IMG/VR virus record: IMGVR_UViG_3300032116_000148
Span: 4,861-68,860 of that record
DNA length: 64,000 nucleotides
DNA from: a virus
Direction: 5' to 3' (one strand)
Shown in pieces: positions 45,145-55,675 of the stretch. Under the pieces are notes generated by a model. It was not told the origin of the DNA, made no database searches, and was given only the letters and a program-made list of their open reading frames with translations. A program made the position numbers and the translations under genes. Numbering within the stretch: position 1 is the stretch's first letter; the number at the start of each line of letters is the position of its first letter.

Positions 45145-47244
45145 TTATCGTAGTATATCTATTGCGAAAACATAGAGGTCAGCGTCCAAGCAGGTTACCT
45201 CAAAAATAGGTCTGCTCGATGATAAGTCAGAAGCGAAGATGTTACCCACCGTCACTCCGTAATTTCCAAAGCCTTTTCTGTTTACTGAATCTGTGAATAT
45301 CTGAATGTTCCTTCCTGCCATATCTACTATGTTAGGAAATACCACTCTAGAAACTTGCCCTTTTAAGAAAGGAGCGCTGCTATCATCGATGAAGATCTTT
45401 AAGTCTCCGCCGGCTGAGCCTGTCGTGTAAACTCTACACATGTTAGTGTAAGGTTCTAAAAGATAGACTACACCGGGAGAAGATATTGAAATATCCAAAG
45501 GTGTTGCAGCTGTGATCAATGCGCCATTGAGGTCTGACGGAGCATCTATTGCATAAGTCTGGACCTTATTTGCGATTTTGATCTTATTAGGAACTGATTT
45601 ATCAAGAACTATTCCGGGACCTTGATATAAGACATCCGTGTTATACTGGAGATTCACGCTAATGCTGCCGTTGACCAGCGCATTTAACTCCTTATTGATC
45701 TTATTAATCATGTCTAACAATGCCGTAGACGAACTGTAATTCATTCGTGCGTTCTGCAAGTTAGTCTCCAGAGTCTGGATCTTTCCGTTAATGTCTTGAA
45801 CATTAGGAATCGTGGCTGCTCTGTTCTCCAAAGCCTGAACTCTAGTGTTCAGCTCTGTATATTTCAGCTGTTGAGATTCGAAGAATCTAACTGATTGTTG
45901 GAGCTCAGCCACAGCTTCTACGAATTGGCCAGTCGAGAAGTTGCTATATTCGTTGACTATTGAATTCACACCTACCGTAACCGAAGAAGCATCTATTCTA
46001 AGATTCAGCTTGAAACCGTAAGAGTTACCGTTCTCACCAGTTAGAGAGTTCGGTTTGAATTTCTGAAGTCTCTGAATGTAACCGCCTTCTGTAGTTGGAG
46101 TGATGTTATCTAAAAGAAGAATTCCGTAAAGATTAGTCGATTTGTTCAGCGGGTTGCTGACATCGTAGAGATCGTAATAGACTAAGACTGCATTGAATTC
46201 AAAGTTACCTGCCTGATCAGATCCGTTGAACTGCATGATAGTGTCCAAATTAGGATCTGCGACGATTGAAGCATAATCGTTAGCTTCAAAGTCTACACCG
46301 ATTCCGTCTAAGTTAGTTCTTCTGTAAGCAACTCCGTTGAAACCGACTGGATTGTTATAGTCTGCCGGATATTTCTGGATGTCAGAATTGGTAGCATCAG
46401 TGAAAGAACTTGGCTGAGTAAAATAAGCATTGACCACAGTCTGTGGGTACGGATCATTCATCCAATCTGCGTCGGGATCAGTCCAATCGACTTGATCATC
46501 AACGTCATAGTATGCTCTGATGTCCAATCCTTCTGGATGGATTGTATCTATGCTTCTACCTAAAATGTATTCGCTATTTCCCTGAGCTATCATGTCAGGT
46601 TGGTAGTTAGCATCTGAAGTTGTTTGGAAAAGAACAGTAGGAGTGTTACCAACCTGAGTCGGTACGTAAATGTAAACTTCTGTGTAGCTATCTCCTCCTT
46701 TTTCTACGTTATTGATGACGTCTATGTCACCGATAAATTTAACCACTCTCTGATACTGGACCGCTCCGGTGCCAGCTGAGTCTTCTTCCACAAATCTAGG
46801 ATTGAGAACTGTAGGGCTGACTTCGGCTGTAGTTGCATTTCTGAATCGGATAGCTCCTGTTTCCTTCAGCCATTTGAAAAATAGTCTTTCTGCGACTCCT
46901 TGCTTCAAAGAAGTGTCGTATTCTACGTCGTTAAGTATCAAGCTCTCGAAATTAAGAGCATAATTCTGGAGGCTTTGAGCAAAGTCTACGTTAGGGTCTC
47001 CTGTCAATCCACCGTTAACTATGCATCCATCAATTGTGTTGAACTGCATGTAGTTATTGTAGTCCCCAAAATCTGAGAACGGGAGAGAATTAAAATCAGG
47101 AAGATCCAGAAGAACATATTTAGAAAACACGAATCTCAGATTCGTGTTGTTAATAGTCTTCGAAAGGTCTTTCGCAGCAGAAGAGAACGTATAAAACGTT
47201 CCTCCTTGCACCTGTGGCGTCCTTATGAGTGGGGCTACTGCCAT
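45145..47244 (-). CDS. Virion structural protein (baseplate wedge-like)
   Basis: GGTFYTFSSAAKDL, FEFNAVLVYYD, NLYGIL; baseplate cluster. Confidence 0.6.
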   Translation of the reverse strand: MAVAPLIRTPQVQGGTFYTFSSAAKDLSKTINNTNLRFVFSKYVLLDLPDFNSLPFSDFGDYNNYMQFNTIDGCIVNGGLTGDPNVDFAQSLQNYALNFESLILNDVEYDTSLKQGVAERLFFKWLKETGAIRFRNATTAEVSPTVLNPRFVEEDSAGTGAVQYQRVVKFIGDIDVINNVEKGGDSYTEVYIYVPTQVGNTPTVLFQTTSDANYQPDMIAQGNSEYILGRSIDTIHPEGLDIRAYYDVDDQVDWTDPDADWMNDPYPQTVVNAYFTQPSSFTDATNSDIQKYPADYNNPVGFNGVAYRRTNLDGIGVDFEANDYASIVADPNLDTIMQFNGSDQAGNFEFNAVLVYYDLYDVSNPLNKSTNLYGILLLDNITPTTEGGYIQRLQKFKPNSLTGENGNSYGFKLNLRIDASSVTVGVNSIVNEYSNFSTGQFVEAVAELQQSVRFFESQQLKYTELNTRVQALENRAATIPNVQDINGKIQTLETNLQNARMNYSSSTALLDMINKINKELNALVNGSISVNLQYNTDVLYQGPGIVLDKSVPNKIKIANKVQTYAIDAPSDLNGALITAATPLDISISSPGVVYLLEPYTNMCRVYTTGSAGGDLKIFIDDSSAPFLKGQVSRVVFPNIVDMAGRNIQIFTDSVNRKGFGNYGVTVGNIFASDLSSSRPIFEVTCLDADLYVFAIDILR

Positions 47245-47262
47245 CTATTCTTTAGTTTATTG

Positions 47263-47910
47263 TTAGCTAGCTAGTGTGTATCCTAATCCACCGATCAAAT
47301 ACCAAACTGGATTATTTGATGCATCAGGAACACAAAGGAAGTGAGCAGTTTGACCGATTCCATCGAGAACTACCTTAGTCCAAGTTCCGGTGAGAACAAG
47401 CACTGTGCTTACGTCTGCGATGATGTCTACAGCTCCTGAAGTAGAATCATAGTAACAGAAGATGATCTCCTGTCCTATTTCTCCTTCAAATACTGTGACA
47501 GTTACCGGAGTTGAGCCGTTGTTAGAGACTCTTTCGATCGTGTAAGTCGGTACAGCTGATGATGAGCCGATGCTCTTCGTGTAAGATGGAGCTGTGGTGA
47601 CTTCGTTGATCAAAGTAGAATCGACATTATCTCTGTAGAGATTACCTTGAAGATTCATGTTACCTTGAACTACAGGGTTGGCCGTGATGTTAAAGGCCGA
47701 GGTAGTCACCTGCAGTCTCGGGGAACTCAGACCGACAGTTAGAGTGTTAGTCGTGAGGCTCGTGAGATTCGTTAACGTGCCAGAAGAAGTGTTTAGATAG
47801 ACCAAGACATCGTTTACAGCGTCCGCTAAGACGTTGAAGTTATCGTTGATCACTAACCTGGAACCTGCTAGTGAATCCGTTCCGAGGATTTCCGTTACTG
47901 AGATTGACAT
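47263..47910 (-). CDS. Short fiber/baseplate-attached protein
   Basis: N-terminal EILGTDSL..SR..IN.NF motif shared with the 33892..36543 fiber. Confidence 0.6.
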   Translation of the reverse strand: MSISVTEILGTDSLAGSRLVINDNFNVLADAVNDVLVYLNTSSGTLTNLTSLTTNTLTVGLSSPRLQVTTSAFNITANPVVQGNMNLQGNLYRDNVDSTLINEVTTAPSYTKSIGSSSAVPTYTIERVSNNGSTPVTVTVFEGEIGQEIIFCYYDSTSGAVDIIADVSTVLVLTGTWTKVVLDGIGQTAHFLCVPDASNNPVWYLIGGLGYTLAS

Positions 47911-47922
47911 TTTTACTCGTTT

Positions 47923-50796
47923 TTAGTTTATTATGAGAAAATTCTTCACTGCTTCGTATTTGTTACCGTTCGTATCTTTCAGGTTGAGTCCTATTGAATA
48001 CTCTCCTGGCATATCGAAAAGGTAAGCTAAATACCTCGCTGTAATATATTTATCATCGCCGAATTCTGAATTCGTGTTGTTACTGATTGACCAATTTGCT
48101 GTCATCGGGTCCTTTCCTCTAATGGCTGATAGATCGAAAGAAAATACCACGTGAGTGGAACGAGGTAGAGTGATCTGGTTATCTATCACTCTTGCAGAAT
48201 TCCAATTTATCGAATAGTTTTTAGAAGTAGAAGTTCTTCCTATAGCTAATTCAGCAGTATTGCCGTACACGTCTGAAAAATCTCCAAAAGCTCCAAAATA
48301 TCTAGAGACGCATTGAATGTACAAGATGTTATTGTAGTCGTCTTTGTCTCTGATAGGATTGTATGAGTACTTTGAGAATGTAGGATTTGTTGTACCGTTT
48401 AGCCACTGAGAGAGTTCTAAAAGACCACCGCCCAATTGAGGAATGCTTATGTTATGCGTACCTTCAGAATCTACCAAAGTCAAAACAGTATACGGAGAAG
48501 TTGGATTGTAGTAGATGATATTGAAAAACGCAGGCGTATCTCCAGCAACAACCGTCCCTTCCCACCAGTTATGCGCATTGTCCATCCATCTGGAGTTTTC
48601 TAAATTATCCCAGAAGAAAGGACCTACAAAGCTGTATTCGTCATTATCTCTGAATGTCGAGATATGAAAATTGGCAAAAGGGCTGTATTGGTTGTTCAAA
48701 GCATAATTTCCACGGTTGAACATTTCCCAACTGACTTCGAATTTTTCGAAAGGGTCGTTAGGGTGAAAAGGGAGATCCCAATAAGCTGCATATTCTGCTA
48801 TCATAGGAGACTGTGCAGCTGGTTTTCCAGGGACTCTAAGTCTCTGAGGAACTTCTATCTTAGTGTTCCAAGTGTAGTAAGGTTCTCTGATAGCGTAAGT
48901 CCCCAAAATCTCCAAGTTTCTGGCTTTAACGATGACGTAATCTTCCTGTCTGCTCGTCGAAATGTTATTGTAATAATCGTAAAGTCTCATCTCTACGTCA
49001 TAAGCTCCGATATAAGGTAAGAAAAGAGCTATTTGATCATAGTCTTTTATATTGCCTCTGAGAGAATAGAAGAAAGCTGGAGATTCATTAGTCTTAGGTT
49101 TGCTGACTATCCATTCTATCTCAGCTATGTTTCTGTATTCAATGTAGTTCCAACTGAATACCTGTGAACCGCTGCCAAAGGTGTCTAACTCATTCCAATA
49201 AGAATTCGAGTTATCCCATGTGGTGTCTTCAAAACTTGTGTTAATTAGAACTAACGGAGCTCCGACTGGAATGCCGGTATTATCTGGAAGCTGTTGAACT
49301 GTATTTAGATTAGGTGCATATCTGCTAAAATATGCTAGTAGCACGTTAGCCAGATCTCCGACGGTGAACTGTTTTCCGTCAGTAGGTCCGCCGAGCGGTC
49401 CGTTAGGGTTAGGGTATTTGTTAGTGAGATGCTCAACACCACCGATGCTTTGAGGGCTGAAACCGATATTGTAGCCACCTACTGTGAAAGGTTCTCCTCT
49501 AGGACCTACGAAGATATTCTGCGGTATGTCATAAGGTGTGTACTTTGCAAAATCTAAGTCGTCTATAGTCCTCAAATCTTGGAGAAAAATAGTCTTACCT
49601 GGACTCGTCTCGAATGACACACTGTAGCCGGTTATGACTGTATCAGTTCTGTTAGAACTAGGCTGAACTGTTATTAAGCTTTTCCCAAAAAAGTCGGCTT
49701 CTCCGACTATGTCGATGATCTTAGCATTTAAGGGTAGAAAATCTTTTTGAAGCTTTTGCTTTAGACCGTACAGTTTGATCAAGACTTCCTCTAAAGAATA
49801 TGAAAAGGATTCTCTAGTGACAGGTAGATCGTACTCATCGTACTCGTCAGCGACGACTTCATTGATTCTATAGAATAAACCGAACTTGCCCGTCTTTCTT
49901 AAATTTCGGCTAGGAACGTTCACGTTCATGTCATTGAAGCGAGCGCTAGGTTTCAATAGTTCTATGGGAAGAGTCTGCACATATTTGCCAAAGTAAGCAG
50001 AATACGGGTCGACATCTCTCCAATACTCTTTCATGTAGATGTCATCATATCCGAAATACTTGATGGCCGTCAAAAGAGCTCTATAAGAACCGGTGTACGG
50101 GAAGATGTTGCTCCCTTCTAAGAGAGCTTCTTTCTTCTTCTCGTTCAAAAGTATTTGATTGTACAGAGGTTCTTTAACGTCGCTGTCTCTAAAAATCTGA
50201 TAATCGCTATTATTGATAGCATAACCTAGATTTGAAGTCATGACGCTTAAACGAGGATCTTCACCTACGACTTCACCGTAGATCATCACCTCAGCGATCA
50301 AATTGCCGCTAGGTCTATCGATGAGAGAGAATGTTCTCTTATAGATGTTCTCGTTCGGAGATGAGAGAGCCACGTTAATCTGTAGAACGCCATTAGTGAC
50401 TACAGAAGTGTGTAAGTTACCTTCGGTATCATAGTATTGATAAGGATCCCAGTCAGGTTTTACTGAAAGTTCGTCAGCCTTTTCTAAGAAAGGTGCTAAA
50501 GATTCAGAATCATAAGTGAAGAAAAAGATCTCACTAGGCAGATCATAATTCCAAACTGCAACCCAACCAGGTTCTCCAGTTGAAGAAGGCGCCTCAAGTT
50601 CATGAGGAAAAGCATATCTGACGACTCCTCTAGAATCATACATCTTCTGAACGACGAAGATCTGAGCAATCTCAAAAAGATCAGTTGATACTCTCGGAAG
50701 GTATATCGAACCATACCAGGCCTGAGCGGTCTCGTCGTAGGCAAAGTTTAAGTTGTTGCCCTGCTTATCGAAAAACAGTAGGTCTTGGTACCTCAT
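47923..50796 (-). CDS. Baseplate wedge protein (gp7-like) with PKD/Ig-like segments
   Basis: IFPYTGSYRALLTAIKYFGY wedge-type block; GAYDVEMRLYD and PGEYSIGLNLKD PKD-like ends; follows gp6. Confidence 0.6.
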   Translation of the reverse strand: MRYQDLLFFDKQGNNLNFAYDETAQAWYGSIYLPRVSTDLFEIAQIFVVQKMYDSRGVVRYAFPHELEAPSSTGEPGWVAVWNYDLPSEIFFFTYDSESLAPFLEKADELSVKPDWDPYQYYDTEGNLHTSVVTNGVLQINVALSSPNENIYKRTFSLIDRPSGNLIAEVMIYGEVVGEDPRLSVMTSNLGYAINNSDYQIFRDSDVKEPLYNQILLNEKKKEALLEGSNIFPYTGSYRALLTAIKYFGYDDIYMKEYWRDVDPYSAYFGKYVQTLPIELLKPSARFNDMNVNVPSRNLRKTGKFGLFYRINEVVADEYDEYDLPVTRESFSYSLEEVLIKLYGLKQKLQKDFLPLNAKIIDIVGEADFFGKSLITVQPSSNRTDTVITGYSVSFETSPGKTIFLQDLRTIDDLDFAKYTPYDIPQNIFVGPRGEPFTVGGYNIGFSPQSIGGVEHLTNKYPNPNGPLGGPTDGKQFTVGDLANVLLAYFSRYAPNLNTVQQLPDNTGIPVGAPLVLINTSFEDTTWDNSNSYWNELDTFGSGSQVFSWNYIEYRNIAEIEWIVSKPKTNESPAFFYSLRGNIKDYDQIALFLPYIGAYDVEMRLYDYYNNISTSRQEDYVIVKARNLEILGTYAIREPYYTWNTKIEVPQRLRVPGKPAAQSPMIAEYAAYWDLPFHPNDPFEKFEVSWEMFNRGNYALNNQYSPFANFHISTFRDNDEYSFVGPFFWDNLENSRWMDNAHNWWEGTVVAGDTPAFFNIIYYNPTSPYTVLTLVDSEGTHNISIPQLGGGLLELSQWLNGTTNPTFSKYSYNPIRDKDDYNNILYIQCVSRYFGAFGDFSDVYGNTAELAIGRTSTSKNYSINWNSARVIDNQITLPRSTHVVFSFDLSAIRGKDPMTANWSISNNTNSEFGDDKYITARYLAYLFDMPGEYSIGLNLKDTNGNKYEAVKNFLIIN

Positions 50797-50799
50797 CGT

Positions 50800-51096
50800 T
50801 TAGTTTATGTAGCGTGTGTCTTTATCGACGGTAAAATTATAGTAGACTCTGATCTTTTTCACTGTCTCAATGTACTCCACACAGATGTCATTTAGATATT
50901 TCAAGAAGTTTGATACCTTCAAGTTTCTTAAAAGATAAGGAGATACCGAATTAGCTAAAAGCTTTTCTCTGTAATCGTAGCCTTGCCACTTAATGTTATC
51001 TCTAAGAGTGTCTTGTGCTGCATAGAGACTTACACCTCCGTTATTCTCTTCATTTTGAGAAAGAGCGTCGAATTCGCTCAAACTGTCAACTGCCAT
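50800..51096 (-). CDS. Small baseplate-cluster hypothetical protein
   Basis: 98-aa ORF between the gp6-like and gp7-like genes. Confidence 0.6.
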   Translation of the reverse strand: MAVDSLSEFDALSQNEENNGGVSLYAAQDTLRDNIKWQGYDYREKLLANSVSPYLLRNLKVSNFLKYLNDICVEYIETVKKIRVYYNFTVDKDTRYIN

Positions 51097-51108
51097 CTAT
51101 TCAATTTT

Positions 51109-52932
51109 TTATCCGCCTAGAACTGAAGAAGGGTTAGAATCGACCACTGTATTATTGGTAGTCAGTGTTCGGTTTCTTAGCTTCTCAAAATTCTGATTTT
51201 GTATCTGATTGTACAAGTCAGCTTTGATGCTCTCCTTAAAGAAGACGTTCAAAGACGAGAGCTTGTTATCGTCTGGGTATTCTTCGTAATAGTTATTGTT
51301 TCTGTCATACCAGTCTCCTCTGATCGCGACTATTTCATCGTCTACGATTTTAATGTCTCCAAAATCGTCTAATCCAAGACCTGGATCTTCACCTGGCGTC
51401 AAAGTTATTCTCTTTGTAGCAAGAAGAGCCTTTTGTTTCGTCACTGGATCGTAACCTTGGACTTCGACATCGTAATAACCGTTTCTAATAGCTGTCTCAT
51501 TTTGCTCTGAAACGAAGAAGATATTCACCGAGTCTACGCCTGGTACTTGTTCTACGAGAGAAACTAAATCCGATCTAGGCACTCTGTCTCTTCTCTTCAC
51601 GTTTAAGAAGTACTCATTTAATCTAGATCTAATAAGACTTCTAATCTGAGATTTATCTGCATTATCGAAGAATCTAAGAACTACGTTGATAGCGTATTTT
51701 CTAACGTCTATGTCAACTATTCTATTCTCAGCTGTTATTAACATTTGACCGCTGTTGTCTAGAAGTTCATAGACCCTTGTCTTTTCAGTTTCAGTAAGAG
51801 TAAATTCGTCCAAAGGAAGAGTGAAATAATCTAGATCTGACGTCAACTTTGCCTTTATGTCAGGTATTAAAACCAAATAGACTATATTGTCATCATCTAT
51901 ATACTGGTCGTCCTTCGTGTTGTACGCGTTTACAAAAGAAAAGAAACCATATTTCTTCAGAAAATAGATGTAAGCGTCAGGATTCGCTAGGACAAAAGAT
52001 TTACTAGCATGCGGAGCAATGATTCTAGTGAAGTCTGGATTCTCCGGGGCAGAACCGAAATCTGGCGGCAGAGAAACGAAAATTTGGAAAGCATCGTTCA
52101 AATTGACGGTGTTTCCGAATTCATCCGAACCTTCAGTGATGAAAGTAAATGTCGCTCCAGCATTGCCTTGAAGATTACCGATAGGACCGCGAGAAATCAT
52201 GTATTCTACTTCTATCAAACTACCAGCAGGTGGCTTTCTTCCAAAATTACCGTTTCCGAAATAGACGTCTATGCCTCCACTGATTCCAGTTTTGACTAGG
52301 CATCCTCTTTCTTCAGGGCCCATGTCATAGAGAGAATCATATACAGAATACTCGACACCGTTGACTCTTACTCTGGTATAAAAATGATCAGTTGGGTTGT
52401 TGGTGATGATAGAGAAGCTCTGCATAGAAGTACCTAAGCCTGTGAAGCTTTGAGTCTCTATCGAACCTTCTTTGATGGTAAAGTAAAAAGTCTCTTGGCT
52501 TGTTTTGTCAATTCTTTTTTCTGATGAATCCAAAAACATCATGTAGATCAAGCTGTTATCGAGACACTGTAATTCTGTTTTGTCTCTGATGACTATGTAA
52601 TTTCCTTGAATTCCTTGTGCGGCATCAGTCTTGGGTACTAATGCTATTTTACCGATAGCTGATATTGCTCGGGTTGGATTGTGACCCGTAAGTCTTGAGA
52701 GACCGTAGATAGAAGCCACGTTCTTTGCAGTAGCAAAGTTAAGTTCAGATATTGCGCTCTCGATGTAATAGAAGATTAACTCGCCTATGTTCGAAAGAAC
52801 AGTAAGAAGCTGACCATAAGGTGAAGCCGGTGTGAAGGCGTTCTTGGTCTGCCCATAGACTTTCGTCATATAGTTGTAGGCTTGAGTATAGATCCTCAGG
52901 GCCGTGATTGCATTTTTACTTAAGAATCCCAT
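51109..52932 (-). CDS. Baseplate wedge protein (T4 gp6 / baseplate J-like)
   Basis: LNFATAKNVASIYGLSRLTGHNP, VYFGNGNFGRKPPAGS.IEVEY, LVEQVPGVDSV. Confidence 0.85.
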   Translation of the reverse strand: MGFLSKNAITALRIYTQAYNYMTKVYGQTKNAFTPASPYGQLLTVLSNIGELIFYYIESAISELNFATAKNVASIYGLSRLTGHNPTRAISAIGKIALVPKTDAAQGIQGNYIVIRDKTELQCLDNSLIYMMFLDSSEKRIDKTSQETFYFTIKEGSIETQSFTGLGTSMQSFSIITNNPTDHFYTRVRVNGVEYSVYDSLYDMGPEERGCLVKTGISGGIDVYFGNGNFGRKPPAGSLIEVEYMISRGPIGNLQGNAGATFTFITEGSDEFGNTVNLNDAFQIFVSLPPDFGSAPENPDFTRIIAPHASKSFVLANPDAYIYFLKKYGFFSFVNAYNTKDDQYIDDDNIVYLVLIPDIKAKLTSDLDYFTLPLDEFTLTETEKTRVYELLDNSGQMLITAENRIVDIDVRKYAINVVLRFFDNADKSQIRSLIRSRLNEYFLNVKRRDRVPRSDLVSLVEQVPGVDSVNIFFVSEQNETAIRNGYYDVEVQGYDPVTKQKALLATKRITLTPGEDPGLGLDDFGDIKIVDDEIVAIRGDWYDRNNNYYEEYPDDNKLSSLNVFFKESIKADLYNQIQNQNFEKLRNRTLTTNNTVVDSNPSSVLGG

Positions 52933-52946
52933 TCTCTTTTTCTAAT

Positions 52947-53303
52947 TTAGAATACCACAGTCAGCGCTGGAGCTCCGCTTATATTTATGTTGACCTCAGC
53001 CAAATCTCTAGATTCTCCTTCATAAAATGCCACTGACACATCCACCGGATACGTCGTGACTAGAGGAAGAAACAGACCTATTTGAGTTCTAATAGTGCTC
53101 TCGATCGCTATAGTGTTGAAAGTCAGATCAAAAATGTAGTCTTCTAGGTTCAGCCCGAAATCTTGAACTCCCATTACTCTAGACTTCGGAGTAGTCAAAA
53201 GACACTCTAGCTGTTGTAACAGAATACTGATGTCATCGTTCAGCTCCAGAGTTGTATCTGAATAACCGATCGAATCTATAGGCTTACAATAGATGTCTGA
53301 CAT
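52947..53303 (-). CDS. Baseplate gp25-like protein
   Basis: LLTTPKSRVMGVQDFGLNLEDYIFD. Confidence 0.8.
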   Translation of the reverse strand: MSDIYCKPIDSIGYSDTTLELNDDISILLQQLECLLTTPKSRVMGVQDFGLNLEDYIFDLTFNTIAIESTIRTQIGLFLPLVTTYPVDVSVAFYEGESRDLAEVNINISGAPALTVVF

Positions 53304-53319
53304 TCTCTTCTAATTTGTA

Positions 53320-53327
53320 TATTTATA
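53320..53327 (-). promoter_or_regulatory. T4-type late promoter
   Basis: Exact TATAAATA ahead of the gp25-like gene. Confidence 0.65.
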
Positions 53328-53365
53328 TCGTTAGATTATTGTAATACATTCAGATCGTGTGATAG

Positions 53366-53584
53366 CTAGGCTATTCCCTTTTTCTGAATCTCTTTAGCTC
53401 TGTTCCAAAGCTTCTTGATCATAGCAGTGTCGCTGATTTCTCTGCTTTTCATGAAATCCTCAGTCTTTTCAGGTGACTTTGGCAGTTCATTTCCATAGTA
53501 GTCAATCATGTCTACCGCTAAAAGATCTATCTTTTCTTTCTCAGATGCTTCGTTCAAGAAATTGTCAAAAGATTGTAGTTGCAT
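53366..53584 (-). CDS. Small putative internal head protein
   Basis: MQLQSFDNFLNEA start. Confidence 0.5.
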   Translation of the reverse strand: MQLQSFDNFLNEASEKEKIDLLAVDMIDYYGNELPKSPEKTEDFMKSREISDTAMIKKLWNRAKEIQKKGIA

Positions 53585-53594
53585 AGTTTAAATT

Positions 53595-54374
53595 TTAGTC
53601 TGTGAAGAAGTAGTCTGTTCCTTCGTCTTCTTTGATTTCTGTTTCTATTTCTTTCAATTCATCAACGCCTTCAGATTTGATATCGGCATAGTTGATTTGA
53701 ATGTTACCGGGTAGATTGAAAGTGAATGTCCCTAAAATTCTACCTAGCTGCTTTTTCACCTGTGCCACGACGTATCTGATGAAGATCTCGTCGCTGAAGA
53801 GAGCACAATCGCTGATTTTTTCGTAGATGAGGAAAATCACGTTGTTTGTAGGGAGTTCTCCCATGAATCTGAATTTCTTGTTCAGATAATTATAGTTATA
53901 GGAAATCATCCCTTGCAAGTTCATTCTCGCGATGTCGATGAAATAAGCATTGATAACATAGAACATCATCTGTTCTGAACCGATACCTGCACCGTAAACG
54001 TTATTATAGATGAACTTATCAAGAGCAAAATCCGGATCCAATCCTACAAAGCTCATACCTCCGAATCCACCGTCTTCTCCAGCCCAGCCTGATATCTGAT
54101 AAACCGAATTGACTGCCCATACAGAATCAGGCATCGTAATCTCTCCAGTCTTTTTGAAAGTTTCAGTGTTAAATGTGGAAGCCTTGATAGCATAGTACTT
54201 CTCTTGAACAGAGTATTCGTAATGCTTATAAAACCACATTTTAGCGTTGTTAATGATACGTATCACCTCTTCTTTAGGAATAGTGAAAGGTATCTGGCAG
54301 AAAGACGTGATCTCCTGCTGTACCTGAGCAACCAGGCTATCATAACACGCTTTCTGTTCTGCTGTCATTGCCAT
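53595..54374 (-). CDS. Neck/head-tail adaptor (T4 gp13-like)
   Basis: FIRYVVAQVKKQLGRILGTF..NLPGNIQINY...EG..EL. Confidence 0.75.
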   Translation of the reverse strand: MAMTAEQKACYDSLVAQVQQEITSFCQIPFTIPKEEVIRIINNAKMWFYKHYEYSVQEKYYAIKASTFNTETFKKTGEITMPDSVWAVNSVYQISGWAGEDGGFGGMSFVGLDPDFALDKFIYNNVYGAGIGSEQMMFYVINAYFIDIARMNLQGMISYNYNYLNKKFRFMGELPTNNVIFLIYEKISDCALFSDEIFIRYVVAQVKKQLGRILGTFTFNLPGNIQINYADIKSEGVDELKEIETEIKEDEGTDYFFTD

Positions 54375-54377
54375 TCT

Positions 54378-55658
54378 TTACGCTATTTTTTCAAATGAAA
54401 TTATTTCTGTCATGTCTGATATCTTAGCCTGGCGAGTTACCACCTTTCCAGATATCAATCTGCCTCCATCCATTTTTCCAGAAATGATAGAAGAAAATCC
54501 CATCACATCGCAGTCAATCAGAGAGCTGTTACTATTTAGATAACTTTGATCGAAGAAGGAATCTCTCGCTGTGCTCTTATTGAAAAGGTTTGACATGTAG
54601 ATATCAGAGTTTTCAATCATACAGCTGAAGAGGTCACAGTTAGAAATGTTACCGTTGATCTTGCTGTCAAATATATCTATGCCTTCGAAGAGATAAGCAT
54701 TCTCAATGGTGGTATCTTTAATCTGAAGCTTGCCCTGATTGCTGTCATAGTTCAAAAGACCTCTGGTCATTCTAGTCTCAGATAACAGCTTGAAAACTCT
54801 ATCTCTGATATAAGGATAGAGAGTGCCTACTATCTGACGATTAGTCGTTAGATCTGTCAATAGAGTAATCTCAGGAAATTCTTTAACGAAGGCTTCTATA
54901 GAAGAATACGAGTTGATGATCTTCTGATTGCTTTCTAGAATTTCTTCTAGACTTTTCTTCTCTTCTTCAGTCAGTCCCGGATTAGTAATACAGTGTCTTA
55001 GACAGTCTATTGATAGATCGATGACCTGCCAGTTCTTATCGAACTTGCTTTCATAGTCAGTACCGCCCAGATATCTAAATCGAAGAGATCCTGTATCCAA
55101 AGACGTGAAGTCGATACCGTAGTATTTTCTAAGAGGAAACGTGAAGCTGTTACTGCTCAGGCTTGACGGAGTATCAATGTAAAATTTGCTGCTCGGGTAG
55201 ATGTTCTTGATAGACTTTGATCTAGGAAATCTCTTTCTCTCTGGAAATAGCCCGTAAACGGCTGATTCGGGATAGTGTAGTATCATCTTAAGAATGTTCA
55301 ATCTCGACACGTTAGGAGTTCCTAAGATGCCAAAATCTTTGAACATAATGCTGAAATTGAAATCACAATCCCACAGTGTCTTGCCTTTTCTTTGAATCCA
55401 TTCAAAGACTTTTTGAGTCAAGAGACGAGCCTCAGAGTAAGGTAAGAAGCCAGAGCTGAGCCTGTACTTCTTGCTATGCATCTGCTCTAATTTGAGAAAA
55501 TCAAAGTCTGGAAGCACCGGTTCCATCAAAACGTCTGCTTTGAGAACTTTTCTGCTCGTCGCCGAGGCCAACTGCATTCTCACCGACGTCTCTAATTCTT
55601 TAGAATAGAAATCCATTTCTAAAGAGATCATGCTAGTATATCGATCTTGTACGAACAT
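54378..55658 (-). CDS. Degenerate amidoligase-like protein with C-terminal beta-helix
   Basis: SLEMDFYS, LPYSEAR, KYYGIDF, RFRYLGGTDYE; hexapeptide-like repeats at the C-terminus. Confidence 0.55.
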   Translation of the reverse strand: MFVQDRYTSMISLEMDFYSKELETSVRMQLASATSRKVLKADVLMEPVLPDFDFLKLEQMHSKKYRLSSGFLPYSEARLLTQKVFEWIQRKGKTLWDCDFNFSIMFKDFGILGTPNVSRLNILKMILHYPESAVYGLFPERKRFPRSKSIKNIYPSSKFYIDTPSSLSSNSFTFPLRKYYGIDFTSLDTGSLRFRYLGGTDYESKFDKNWQVIDLSIDCLRHCITNPGLTEEEKKSLEEILESNQKIINSYSSIEAFVKEFPEITLLTDLTTNRQIVGTLYPYIRDRVFKLLSETRMTRGLLNYDSNQGKLQIKDTTIENAYLFEGIDIFDSKINGNISNCDLFSCMIENSDIYMSNLFNKSTARDSFFDQSYLNSNSSLIDCDVMGFSSIISGKMDGGRLISGKVVTRQAKISDMTEIISFEKIA

Positions 55659-55675
55659 TGCACATTTTGGTTGTT

